From Obrimoposthia wandeli (taxonomy: Eukaryota): a stretch of 64,000 nt of DNA. Positions 9,929 through 18,586 of this stretch are shown here, piece after piece. How positions within the stretch are numbered: the stretch's first letter is position 1; each line of letters begins with the position of its first letter. The notes under the pieces are model-generated. The model had not been told where the DNA came from. It did no database searches and saw only the letters and a list, made by a program, of their open reading frames with translations. The stretch is taken from contig CDROCS010003914.1 of NCBI GenBank assembly GCA_977020255.1, positions 62,001-126,000 of the forward strand, written 5' to 3'. A program made the translations under genes and the position numbers.

Positions 9929-9989
9929 ATTCGATCTCTTGGCTAAATTCTTTAGTCGATCAAAGCGTTAAAATACCGTAGCCATGCGA
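9929..9989 (-). pseudogene. Possible decayed tRNA-Gln remnant in the prs leader
   Basis: Blocks TCGC, CGGTA, AACG, TTTGATC and GAGxTCGAAT occur in the same order as in the intact tRNA-Gln of this window, at the position where tRNA-Gln normally lies. No intact cloverleaf. Confidence 0.3.
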
Positions 9990-9994
9990 AAATC

Positions 9995-10031
9995 GCGGCC
10001 ATATTCTGCTGTAAAAGTAGCCAAAGGTCAA
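9995..10031 (-). promoter_or_regulatory. Sigma70 promoter for prs with GC-rich discriminator
   Basis: TTGACC-17 bp-CAGAAT-ATGGCCGC. Confidence 0.6.
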
Positions 10032-10235
10032 GGATAGCTTGACGAATAATAGGCGTGGGTTGTAGATGGTTTTTTAAAGTGTTGGTGTCGTATGGTAAAT
10101 AGCGGCGAGAGTATAGGTGAATACCAACTGTGTAAGCTAATGATTACATAGTTAAAACAGAGTAAGTTATACGCTGTATAAGAAGATGAGTATGGCGAAG
10201 TAAGGCGGGGTTGTTTAGACTGAGTCCTTAAAGTG

Positions 10236-10271
10236 TGTTGCGCTTTATTTAAGTTAAGCGCAACAGTTTTT
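10236..10271. terminator. Intrinsic terminator hairpin downstream of lolB
   Basis: TGTTGCGCTT-10 nt-AAGCGCAACA, with a T-run on the + side and a weak one on the - side. Confidence 0.6.
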
Positions 10272-10295
10272 TACAGTTTTGAAAAGGGAAATGCT

Positions 10296-10907
10296 TTATT
10301 TCTTGGCGAGTTGTAAGTCGATATCCCACTTATAAATCACGAGTAATAAATTGAGATCTTCTCTTGATATGATTATCTTGCTAGGTAAAAAATTGCCTCC
10401 TACAGCTTTGTAATCGAGGTAGCTAATGCTCCAGCCGTCTTGAGTAAGCGATGCCAAGCGCTCATTTTTAAGTAGAACCGTGCTTTCAGATGACGGTGAA
10501 GGGATGCCTAAAATCCAGTATTTTGCATTTCGGACTGGTAGTTGCCAGCCTAAACGTTCTTGCAATAGAGCACTAGTATTGGGGCCGGTTAAAGGGGCTT
10601 CTTTGGGAATGTGCAAAGTAGCTGAGTTATTGTCGCCAAAGAGCTTTGGGCCGCTTTGGCCAAATGGCCCAGAAAATGAAATGTCATACTTTTTGTTTCG
10701 TTGTTGCCAGTGCACTTTCGCTTTCTGGGTCTTGTTGTTTACTTTAATGGCCACTTGCGCTCTAGCGTCCCATTCTAATAATTGTTGCATATTTTTTGCA
10801 TGTTTCTGCCAGGAAATACTGGGTTGTGGTGCTGTGTCAGTTTTTTGATATGTGCTGCAGCCGCTTAATAAAAACAGGCTGCTAATAATGCCGATTATTA
10901 ATTTCAT
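10296..10907 (-). CDS. lolB: Outer-membrane lipoprotein insertase LolB
   Basis: Lipobox LSGC, GPFGQ, LGWQLPV...YWILGIP, QDGWSISY; synteny with the TPR gene and hemA. Confidence 0.9.
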   Translation of the reverse strand: MKLIIGIISSLFLLSGCSTYQKTDTAPQPSISWQKHAKNMQQLLEWDARAQVAIKVNNKTQKAKVHWQQRNKKYDISFSGPFGQSGPKLFGDNNSATLHIPKEAPLTGPNTSALLQERLGWQLPVRNAKYWILGIPSPSSESTVLLKNERLASLTQDGWSISYLDYKAVGGNFLPSKIIISREDLNLLLVIYKWDIDLQLAKK

Positions 10908-12634
10908 TCTGGTTTCTCTAAAGATTTACGGGCTTGTTCTACAAACTTGCTGTCGGGATGAGTATCGCTTATTTTTTGGAAAATCTCATTGGCTCTTACG
11001 AGTTCTTTATTTCTTGCCAAAGCAGCAATGAGATGTGAAGCAACTTCTGGGTCATCGTAAAGAGTATAAGCTTGCGATAAGTATTTAACAGCTTCGTCAT
11101 ACCGTTTAAGCTTAAAAAGCACCCAGCCCATAGAGTCTATAGTGGCTGGATCTTTAGGTGAAAGTTTCAGCGCTTTTTCTATGAGTGTTAGTGCCTCGAG
11201 ATAGCGTGATGTTCTAATGGTTAAAGTGTAGCCAAGTGCGTTAAGTACCACAGGGTTGTCAGGGGTAAGCTTTAATACTTGTTTGAAATCAGCTTCAGCG
11301 GCGGCAAAGTTAGTGGGTTCGTAATAAGTGGCTCTTGCATATAGAAAGTCAGTGTTTTGGGGGTCTAGTGCAATACTCTTATTAAGTAGTTCAATCGAAT
11401 CACTAGTAAACTTGAATTTATCTAACCAATCGGCAAGCATTAAAATATAGGTGGTTTTATCGCGGCTAGATTTAGTGATCAACTCTTTTGTAATCGCTTC
11501 AACTTTGCTGCGATCTGACGCTTTTTTGTGTAAGCTAATAGCGCGGGTATGCGCTTGTAAAACATTGCTGCCGCTATTTACTTTTAGGTAATTGTTAATA
11601 GCTAAAGTGAGTTCTTTATCACGTTCGGCAATAATACCTAAATAGAAATATGGGGCGCTGATGGCGGGAGATTTAATTAATAAATCTAAAAAAATAGCTT
11701 TACTTTCGATAGCATGATCAAAGTCTAGTGCAGTGAGTGCTAAGTAGTTATGCAATGGGCGATCATTCGGGTTTTTTTCAAGTAATAGCTGGGTTTTTGC
11801 TAGTGCTTGAGTATCATTTTTTAGAAGGTACAATAGCTGGATTTGTAAAGCATTGTATTGGCGGTCATTACTGGTATCTTTTAATAAAATTTGTAGTGTG
11901 GCTAGGGCTTCTTTATAGCGAGTTAAACTTTTCAAAGTATCCGCTTTTTGATATAGAGCAGAAGGTGCGTCTGGGCTTAGTTTTATCGCGGTGTTGAAGC
12001 TTTGTAAAGCAGCTGAAGGCATGTTTAAATGTTTTTGTAAAATACCTAAAGTGACGTACCGATCACTATCTAGCCCATCCTGGGATGTAGCATTTTTAAG
12101 TAACTTAATATAAGACTTAACTTCGTTGGAACTCATATTGTTTAGTTGAGTTGTGAGTAGCAGTAGTACCTTGTTTTGGCCTAAACCTAAAGCGGTGTTA
12201 AAGTGAGGTAGTGCTTGAGAAAACTGTCCCTGGGTAATGAGTAATGTGGCAAGGATTTGATGAGGTTCTGGTTCCTGTGGTGCAGTTTTTGCCCATAAGT
12301 TAACAGCAATGATTAATCTTTTTGTATCTCGTAGGTGCTGAGCAATACGCACCGCCCTTTTAGCAATCCCCGCGTCCTTGGTTAACTTAGCTTGTTTTAA
12401 GTAATGATCTAAACTGTAGTCGTAATTGTTTTGATTGCCAGCAAGTTCAGCGGCAAGAATAGCATAAATGGTTTCACCATTTAGCTCTCCACTTTGGTAG
12501 TTGGTTGTGCTACTCGCTTCATCAGATGAGGAATGTAGTTCGGTAGCGCACCCAAATAAACCCATAAATGAGGCAATCAGTATGATGGGACGTATCGTCT
12601 TCACGTTAAAATAATATCCTTTATTTATACTCAT
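10904..12634 (-). CDS. Tetratricopeptide-repeat lipoprotein (conserved upstream of lolB)
   Basis: Lipobox LFGC; multiple TPRs; C-terminal LNALGYTL...DSMGWVLFK...EVASHL typical of this family. Confidence 0.88.
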   Translation of the reverse strand: MSINKGYYFNVKTIRPIILIASFMGLFGCATELHSSSDEASSTTNYQSGELNGETIYAILAAELAGNQNNYDYSLDHYLKQAKLTKDAGIAKRAVRIAQHLRDTKRLIIAVNLWAKTAPQEPEPHQILATLLITQGQFSQALPHFNTALGLGQNKVLLLLTTQLNNMSSNEVKSYIKLLKNATSQDGLDSDRYVTLGILQKHLNMPSAALQSFNTAIKLSPDAPSALYQKADTLKSLTRYKEALATLQILLKDTSNDRQYNALQIQLLYLLKNDTQALAKTQLLLEKNPNDRPLHNYLALTALDFDHAIESKAIFLDLLIKSPAISAPYFYLGIIAERDKELTLAINNYLKVNSGSNVLQAHTRAISLHKKASDRSKVEAITKELITKSSRDKTTYILMLADWLDKFKFTSDSIELLNKSIALDPQNTDFLYARATYYEPTNFAAAEADFKQVLKLTPDNPVVLNALGYTLTIRTSRYLEALTLIEKALKLSPKDPATIDSMGWVLFKLKRYDEAVKYLSQAYTLYDDPEVASHLIAALARNKELVRANEIFQKISDTHPDSKFVEQARKSLEKPE

Positions 12635-12637
12635 TAG

Positions 12638-12777
12638 TGTCCGGTTTAATTTTTGTTGTCCTGTAACTCATTGATTTTAAGTTAACCATAAGTGTTATTT
12701 GGCTGAAATAATCCACTTAACTATGGAAGAAAACCACAAATTAATGAGTTAGAGAGCTTACATTTTTTAACCGGACA
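12638..12777. repeat. ~140-bp element bounded by imperfect ~40-bp inverted repeats (TGTCCGGTT...AACCGGACA)
   Basis: Left arm TGTCCGGTT-N14-CTGTAACTCATTGATTT; right arm reverse complement TGTCCGGTT-N14-CTCTAACTCATTAATTT; internal AAGTGTTATTT/AAATAATCCACTT hairpin. Confidence 0.65.
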
Positions 12778-13358
12778 GCAATGATTAATACTCACTAAAT
12801 ACTGTAAATCAATTCGCATATTTATCATTTTGATCTAGTTTATCCTAAACAAAAGTGTATAGATAACCTAGCTCTAAATCTCCAACTAACTAAATTTTTA
12901 TCTGGTCGCTTAAGTTTGAAAAGCCGATATTAAAAAATTAGTTTGAAAGGGATGATGTTCTGGACCCAAGGTGAGGTTGTATGGTCACCATATTAGCTCT
13001 GAAAAATATTCATGAGCTATTCAAAATGCAAGAACTTGAAATTTGAGTCGTTAATCGGTATGAATTATCATAGTGTAGAATGACCGAGTGATTAAAAGAA
13101 GCTATGAAATAAATTCTAGCGTAAATTAAACTTGCTCATTGTCTTTATATTCATCTGACAAATAGACTGTAAATGAGTTTCATTGACAGTTGAAAAATGT
13201 ATTCTCTAGTAAAAAGCTGGATTTCGTACTACATAAGTAGTGTTTTGCTAAATAAAGCTGAGATTTAGCGAATATTTTCCCTAGAGTTGTTATTATATCG
13301 CGTTTTTTCATACTTAGTATTTTTGCTTTATTGGCTCTTACAAAATGACTCTTTTTCT

Positions 13359-14621
13359 ATGACCTTGTTAGCGTTAGGTATTAATCATAAAACGGCTTCT
13401 GTCGATATACGTGAACGTTTGGCTATTGCCCCTGCGGTAATGGATGATGCATTGTATGCTGTGCGTGAATTTGCAGATCTGTCTGAAATCGCAATTCTGT
13501 CGACTTGTAATCGAACGGAAATCTATTACTCAGCCAGTGTGGATAGTGAAGCAAAGGTAATGCAATGGCTAAGTGATTACAAAGCATTGCCGCTAGATGA
13601 TATACAACAAAACATGTATAGCTATAGTGACCAGTCTGCGATAGCGCATATGATGCGAGTAGCCTGCGGGTTGGATTCTTTAGTGCTTGGCGAGCCGCAA
13701 ATTCTGGGTCAATTGAAATCTAGCTTTGCTGTTTCTCAAAAGCTGAATTTAATGAAAGGAGAGTTAGGTCAGCTTTTCCAGCAGACCTTTGCCGTGGCTA
13801 AAAAAGTACGCACAGATACAGCCATTGGTGAAAATCCCGTTTCTGTCGCTTACGCAGCGGTGAGTTTGGCGCAGCATATCTTTGCTGATTTAGCGCAGAG
13901 CCGTGCGTTGCTAATAGGCGCTGGTGAAACAATAGAGCTGGTAGCTAGGCATTTAGTAAACGCAGGGGTAAAAGAAATTTGCGTAGCGAATAGAACGCTG
14001 GATCGCGCCGCTGCATTAGCTGCAAATTTTAACGGTGAAGCAATATTGCTAGGGGATATTCCTCATCAATTATATAAAGCGGATATTGTGATTGCTTCAA
14101 CGGCATCTCAGTTACCCATTTTGGGTAAAGGCGCAGTGGAAAGTGCTTTACAAAAGCGCAAGCATCAGCCGATGTTTATGATCGATATAGCGGTGCCCAG
14201 AGATATAGAAGTAGAAGTGAATGAGCTGGACGATGTGTATTTATATACAGTTGATGACTTACAGCAGGTGATTCAAGAAAATCAACAAAATCGTCAAGCT
14301 GCAGCACTAGAAGCTGAAAAAATTATCATAGAGGGCGTTGATAAGTTTGTTTTAAATCAGCGCTCTAGAAACGTGGTTAGTACATTGACCACTCTGCGCA
14401 ACCAAACTGAGTTGTTGCGTGATCAAGAGTTAGAAAACGCGCTGAAAAATTTGGCAAAAGGCGTTGATGCTGAGCAAGTAGTAGCAGAAATGGCGAGGCG
14501 TTTAACCAATAAGTTTTTGCATAACCCTAGTATTCAATTGAGAAAAGCTAGTGCTCAAGGACGTACCGATATTACTGAATTAGTTGAAGATATATTTCAA
14601 TTAGAGGGTGAACAAGATTAA
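13359..14621 (+). CDS. hemA: Glutamyl-tRNA reductase
   Basis: MTLLALGINHKTAS, LSTCNRTE, GLDSLVLGEPQILGQ, IGAGET, DIAVPRD. Start set at ATG 13359. Confidence 0.97.
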   Translation: MTLLALGINHKTASVDIRERLAIAPAVMDDALYAVREFADLSEIAILSTCNRTEIYYSASVDSEAKVMQWLSDYKALPLDDIQQNMYSYSDQSAIAHMMRVACGLDSLVLGEPQILGQLKSSFAVSQKLNLMKGELGQLFQQTFAVAKKVRTDTAIGENPVSVAYAAVSLAQHIFADLAQSRALLIGAGETIELVARHLVNAGVKEICVANRTLDRAAALAANFNGEAILLGDIPHQLYKADIVIASTASQLPILGKGAVESALQKRKHQPMFMIDIAVPRDIEVEVNELDDVYLYTVDDLQQVIQENQQNRQAAALEAEKIIIEGVDKFVLNQRSRNVVSTLTTLRNQTELLRDQELENALKNLAKGVDAEQVVAEMARRLTNKFLHNPSIQLRKASAQGRTDITELVEDIFQLEGEQD

Positions 14622-14732
14622 CAGTAAGTTTAGGGTATACGAAGTTTTGTCATGAGATAGCAAGGGTGTTTACAAGCCTGACCCTAGGTCGCTAAGTGAA
14701 TGCAACAAGTAGCACGTTTTGAGGAATAAAGG

Positions 14733-15815
14733 ATGAAACAATCCGTAAGATTAAAGTTAGAAAAATTAGCTGACCGGCACGAAGAGCTTGCGGTGATGAT
14801 GAGTTCTCCTGAAATTATTTCAGATCAAGAAAAATTTCGCTCTTTCTCCAAAGAATACGCAGAGATAGAGCCTATAGTAGAAACCTTCGCAAGGTATGGT
14901 GATGCGGAAAGAGACTTTGCTGAAGCTAAAATAATGGCTGAAGATGACGATCCTGATATGCGTGAAATGGCAGCAGATGAATATAAGGATTCTAAGGGAC
15001 GCATCGAAACATTAACAGCGCAGCTACAAATATTATTATTGCCTAAAGATCCTAATGATAGTCGCAATGTGTTTATCGAAGTGCGAGCGGGGACGGGTGG
15101 CGATGAAGCGGCTCTTTTCTCAGGTGACTTATTTCGTATGTATTCTAAATACGTAGATACAATGGGTTGGCGTATTGAGATTGTAAGCTCAAATGAAGGA
15201 GATCACGGCGGCTACAAAGAAGTCATCTCCCGTGTAATAGGTACGGATGTCTACTCTCATTTGAAATTTGAATCTGGTGCTCATCGAGTGCAGCGCGTAC
15301 CTGAAACTGAATCTCAAGGGCGGGTGCATACCTCTGCTTGTACGGTTGCTATTATGCCAGAAATGGATGAAGCGGATGAGATAAGTATCAATAAAGGAGA
15401 TTTACGCGTTGATACTTATCGTGCATCGGGTGCAGGTGGTCAGCACGTTAACAAAACAGATTCTGCTATACGCCTTACGCACATCCCTTCAGGGCTGGTG
15501 GTGGAGTGCCAAGAAGAGCGTTCTCAGCATAAAAACCGTGCTAAAGCGATGTCGTTGCTAGCATCGAGATTACAGGCGGCTGAAAATGATAAGCACACAG
15601 CTGAACAAGCAGATGCGCGTAAAAGCTTGGTAGGTAGTGGTGATAGGTCAGAGCGTATCCGCACTTATAATTACCCACAGGGCAGAGTGTCTGACCATCG
15701 TATTAACTTAACGTTATACAAGTTGGGCGAAGTGATGGAAGGGGAGTTAGGGCAAGTGATTGGGCCGCTACAGATTGAGCACCAAACAGAGTTGTTGGCA
15801 GAAATCGGTGATTAA
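14733..15815 (+). CDS. prfA: Peptide chain release factor 1
   Basis: PET tripeptide in [30 protein letters not shown]. Confidence 0.98.
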   Translation: MKQSVRLKLEKLADRHEELAVMMSSPEIISDQEKFRSFSKEYAEIEPIVETFARYGDAERDFAEAKIMAEDDDPDMREMAADEYKDSKGRIETLTAQLQILLLPKDPNDSRNVFIEVRAGTGGDEAALFSGDLFRMYSKYVDTMGWRIEIVSSNEGDHGGYKEVISRVIGTDVYSHLKFESGAHRVQRVPETESQGRVHTSACTVAIMPEMDEADEISINKGDLRVDTYRASGAGGQHVNKTDSAIRLTHIPSGLVVECQEERSQHKNRAKAMSLLASRLQAAENDKHTAEQADARKSLVGSGDRSERIRTYNYPQGRVSDHRINLTLYKLGEVMEGELGQVIGPLQIEHQTELLAEIGD

Positions 15816-15827
15816 TAAGAGCTGCAG

Positions 15828-16670
15828 ATGAATGATTTAACGATTGCCCAAGCGCTTAAAAGAAGCGAGCTGTTAAGCGAAATTAGCGATACAGCTGAGT
15901 TAGATGTGCAGTTGCTATTGTTGGAAGTGTTGGAAAAGCCAAGTAGTTATTTGTTTACTTGGCCAGAACGAATATTAACAGCAGAGCAGTTACAGCGCTT
16001 TGAAGGTTTTCTCGCGCGGCGCATAGCAGGAGAGCCGATTGCCTTTATATTGGGTTATCAGCACTTTTGGACTTTAAAGCTTGCTGTAGCCAAAGACACT
16101 TTGATTCCGCGCCCAGATACAGAGCTGTTAGTTGAACAGGCTTTGCAATTGCTACCAAATAAAAAATGTAGAGTGGCAGATTTAGGAACAGGCACGGGAG
16201 CGGTTGCATTAGCGCTAGCAACTGAGCGTAGCCAGTGGAATATAGTTGCTTGTGATTATGTCGCTAGCGCAGCGGCATTGGCCGAGAGCAACAGGCAGAA
16301 TTTAAACTTAAACAATGTTGAAGTGCTCGAAGGTAGTTGGTTTGAGCCTTTATCTGGCAAGTTCGATTTAATCGTTTCTAACCCTCCTTATATTGACAAA
16401 CAAGACGCACACCTAAGCGAAGGAGACGTGCGCTTTGAGCCTTTAACAGCGCTAGTCGCTGATGATAATGGCTTGCAAGATATAAAACATATTATCCAAA
16501 CAGCGCCTAGTTATTTAGTATCAGGTGGCTGGTTGTTAATAGAGCATGGTTTTGAGCAAGCAAAATCAGTCAGCGACTGGTTTGTTGCTAATAATTTTAG
16601 CCATGTGCTGACCGTTAAAGATTTGAATAACAATGATAGAGTGACTTATGCTCAATGGCGGCAATCTTAG
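15828..16670 (+). CDS. prmC: Release factor glutamine methyltransferase
   Basis: LIPRPDTE, DLGTGTGA, NPPY, EHG; follows prfA. Confidence 0.96.
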   Translation: MNDLTIAQALKRSELLSEISDTAELDVQLLLLEVLEKPSSYLFTWPERILTAEQLQRFEGFLARRIAGEPIAFILGYQHFWTLKLAVAKDTLIPRPDTELLVEQALQLLPNKKCRVADLGTGTGAVALALATERSQWNIVACDYVASAAALAESNRQNLNLNNVEVLEGSWFEPLSGKFDLIVSNPPYIDKQDAHLSEGDVRFEPLTALVADDNGLQDIKHIIQTAPSYLVSGGWLLIEHGFEQAKSVSDWFVANNFSHVLTVKDLNNNDRVTYAQWRQS

Positions 16671-16759
16671 CGGTGATATCTATGCTGTGTCGTCTGCGTT
16701 ATGTAGTGTGTGCTGTAGTTAAAGATGTAATTATAGATGTAGAAAAGGAGAGGCGCTAA

Positions 16760-17527
16760 ATGTTGTCTGATGATCAGCTGTTACGTTATTCACGACAAAT
16801 CATGTTGGGGGATATTGATGTCCAAGGGCAAGAAAGCTTACAGGGCGCTAAGGTATTAATCATTGGTCTAGGCGGATTAGGCAGCCCGGTAGCAATGTAT
16901 TTGGCAGCCGCTGGCGTCGGGCATTTAACGCTGGTTGATGATGATGTGGTGGAAATCAGTAACCTTCAGCGACAAATTATTCATGATGAGCAGAGTGTCG
17001 GCAACAGCAAAGTGGCGTCTGCGAAAGCGCGCATCACAGCACTAAACGCTGATGTTGAGGTATGTTGTATTGAGCAGCGACTAATGTCACAAGAGCTTGA
17101 AGATTTAACAGCTCAAGTTGATTTAGTTGTCGATTGCACCGATAATTTTCAAAGCCGTTTTATGATAAACAAGAGTTGTGTAACGCACTTTACACCACTA
17201 GTTAGCGGTGCAGCGATACGCATGGAAGGGCAGTTATTAACAGTAGACCCAAGAGTGGCTAACAGCCCTTGCTATCAGTGTTTGTATCCAGTGGCAGGCA
17301 ATGATGATTTAAGCTGTGCGCAATCTGGAGTACTAGCACCGCTGGTAGGTGTGATTGGATCTATGCAAGCGATTGAGGCGATTAAAGTGCTGACAGGTGT
17401 TGGTGAAACTTTAGTGGGGCGGTTGCAGATATTTGATGCTAAAACAATGCAATGGCAAACGTTTAAGCTAAAAGCAGATGCTAATTGCCCAGTATGTGCT
17501 CAAAAGGTTGTTAAGAAGGTCAGTTAA
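16760..17527 (+). CDS. moeB: MoeB/ThiF-family adenylyltransferase
   Basis: RYSRQI, GLGGLGS, SNLQRQ, DCTDNF, CYQC and CPVC zinc ligands. Confidence 0.88.
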   Translation: MLSDDQLLRYSRQIMLGDIDVQGQESLQGAKVLIIGLGGLGSPVAMYLAAAGVGHLTLVDDDVVEISNLQRQIIHDEQSVGNSKVASAKARITALNADVEVCCIEQRLMSQELEDLTAQVDLVVDCTDNFQSRFMINKSCVTHFTPLVSGAAIRMEGQLLTVDPRVANSPCYQCLYPVAGNDDLSCAQSGVLAPLVGVIGSMQAIEAIKVLTGVGETLVGRLQIFDAKTMQWQTFKLKADANCPVCAQKVVKKVS

Positions 17528-17599
17528 AAGCTGTCTAAAAATTTTTTAATACAATGATATAGGGCGCTTAATGTTAAGCGCTTATAAGCAGATTAAGAG

Positions 17600-18565
17600 T
17601 TATGTGTAACGCGGTAAATTAATGTAAAGGTCCGTAATTAAATCTTCCAGAGTGCGATCTTGTGCGCTAATAACCCCTAGTTCATTTAAGATAGATCCTA
17701 CTGCGTAGCTGCCTTGTGCTACCGCACCTGCATGACATTGTGTTTTATTAATCACAACGACTCCTCTTTGTTTTGCTTCGCGCAAAGCTGTCATTAAATA
17801 CTGATTTTGATCAGGAGGGTTGCCAGCACCATAGCTGAGCATAACAACTGCTTTACAAGCTTTATTTAACAGTGTTGCGTCAATAACTTCGTTACTAATG
17901 CCTGGGTATAAAAATAACACCGCAACGCTGTTGGCTATAATGCTAGGTAGTTTGAAATCATAAAAATCAGTTGTCTGTAAAGATGATTGGTTATTGTGAT
18001 TATTCAATTCTAGCTGGATATTTGCAATAGCCAGAGGCGCTTTATTGGGGCTGTCAAAGGCTGCTAAGGCGCTACTGTGAACCTTGGTTGCAGCGTTAGC
18101 TGTCAGTAGTTTTCCGGCAAAGCATAGTGATACCTGGTAGGTCTTTGCTTTGCGTGCAAACAGTGCGGCATCTAATAAGTTCGTAATGGCATCGTTGCGT
18201 GCTTCGCAAAGTGGTATTTGTGAACCGGTGACTACTACCGGTTTTATGCACTCACCAAGTATATGGTGTAAAGCAGATGCTGTGTATGCCATGGTGTCAG
18301 TACCATGCAATACAATAAAGGCACTGAAGTCTTGGTAGTTTTCAATGATGCATTCGGCTATTTTCAACCAATCGCTAGGCTGAGCATTAGAACTGTCAAT
18401 TAAATGTTCAAACTCATGTACAGTAAAAGGAGATAAAAGCGCATATTGTTGAGCATTTAAGGAGTTCTTGATTAGTTCTTGGATGCCTTCGCTGGGCATG
18501 TAGCCTTGCTCACTTGGCTGCATGCCGATAGTGCCGCCAGTGTAAATAATTAAAATAGGTAACAT
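17600..18565 (-). CDS. ansA: Type I (cytoplasmic) L-asparaginase
   Basis: YTGGTIGM, HGTDTMAYTAS, VTGSQIP, TKVHS..AFDSPN. Confidence 0.9.
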   Translation of the reverse strand: MLPILIIYTGGTIGMQPSEQGYMPSEGIQELIKNSLNAQQYALLSPFTVHEFEHLIDSSNAQPSDWLKIAECIIENYQDFSAFIVLHGTDTMAYTASALHHILGECIKPVVVTGSQIPLCEARNDAITNLLDAALFARKAKTYQVSLCFAGKLLTANAATKVHSSALAAFDSPNKAPLAIANIQLELNNHNNQSSLQTTDFYDFKLPSIIANSVAVLFLYPGISNEVIDATLLNKACKAVVMLSYGAGNPPDQNQYLMTALREAKQRGVVVINKTQCHAGAVAQGSYAVGSILNELGVISAQDRTLEDLITDLYINLPRYT

Positions 18566-18586
18566 TGCTAAGGCTCTATATTGATG

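Noticed and set aside
10039-10271. Possible plus-strand sRNA ending at the T-tailed hairpin after lolB
   Set aside because: TTGACG at 10039 has no convincing -10 at proper spacing and there is no ORF; the hairpin is adequately explained as the lolB terminator.
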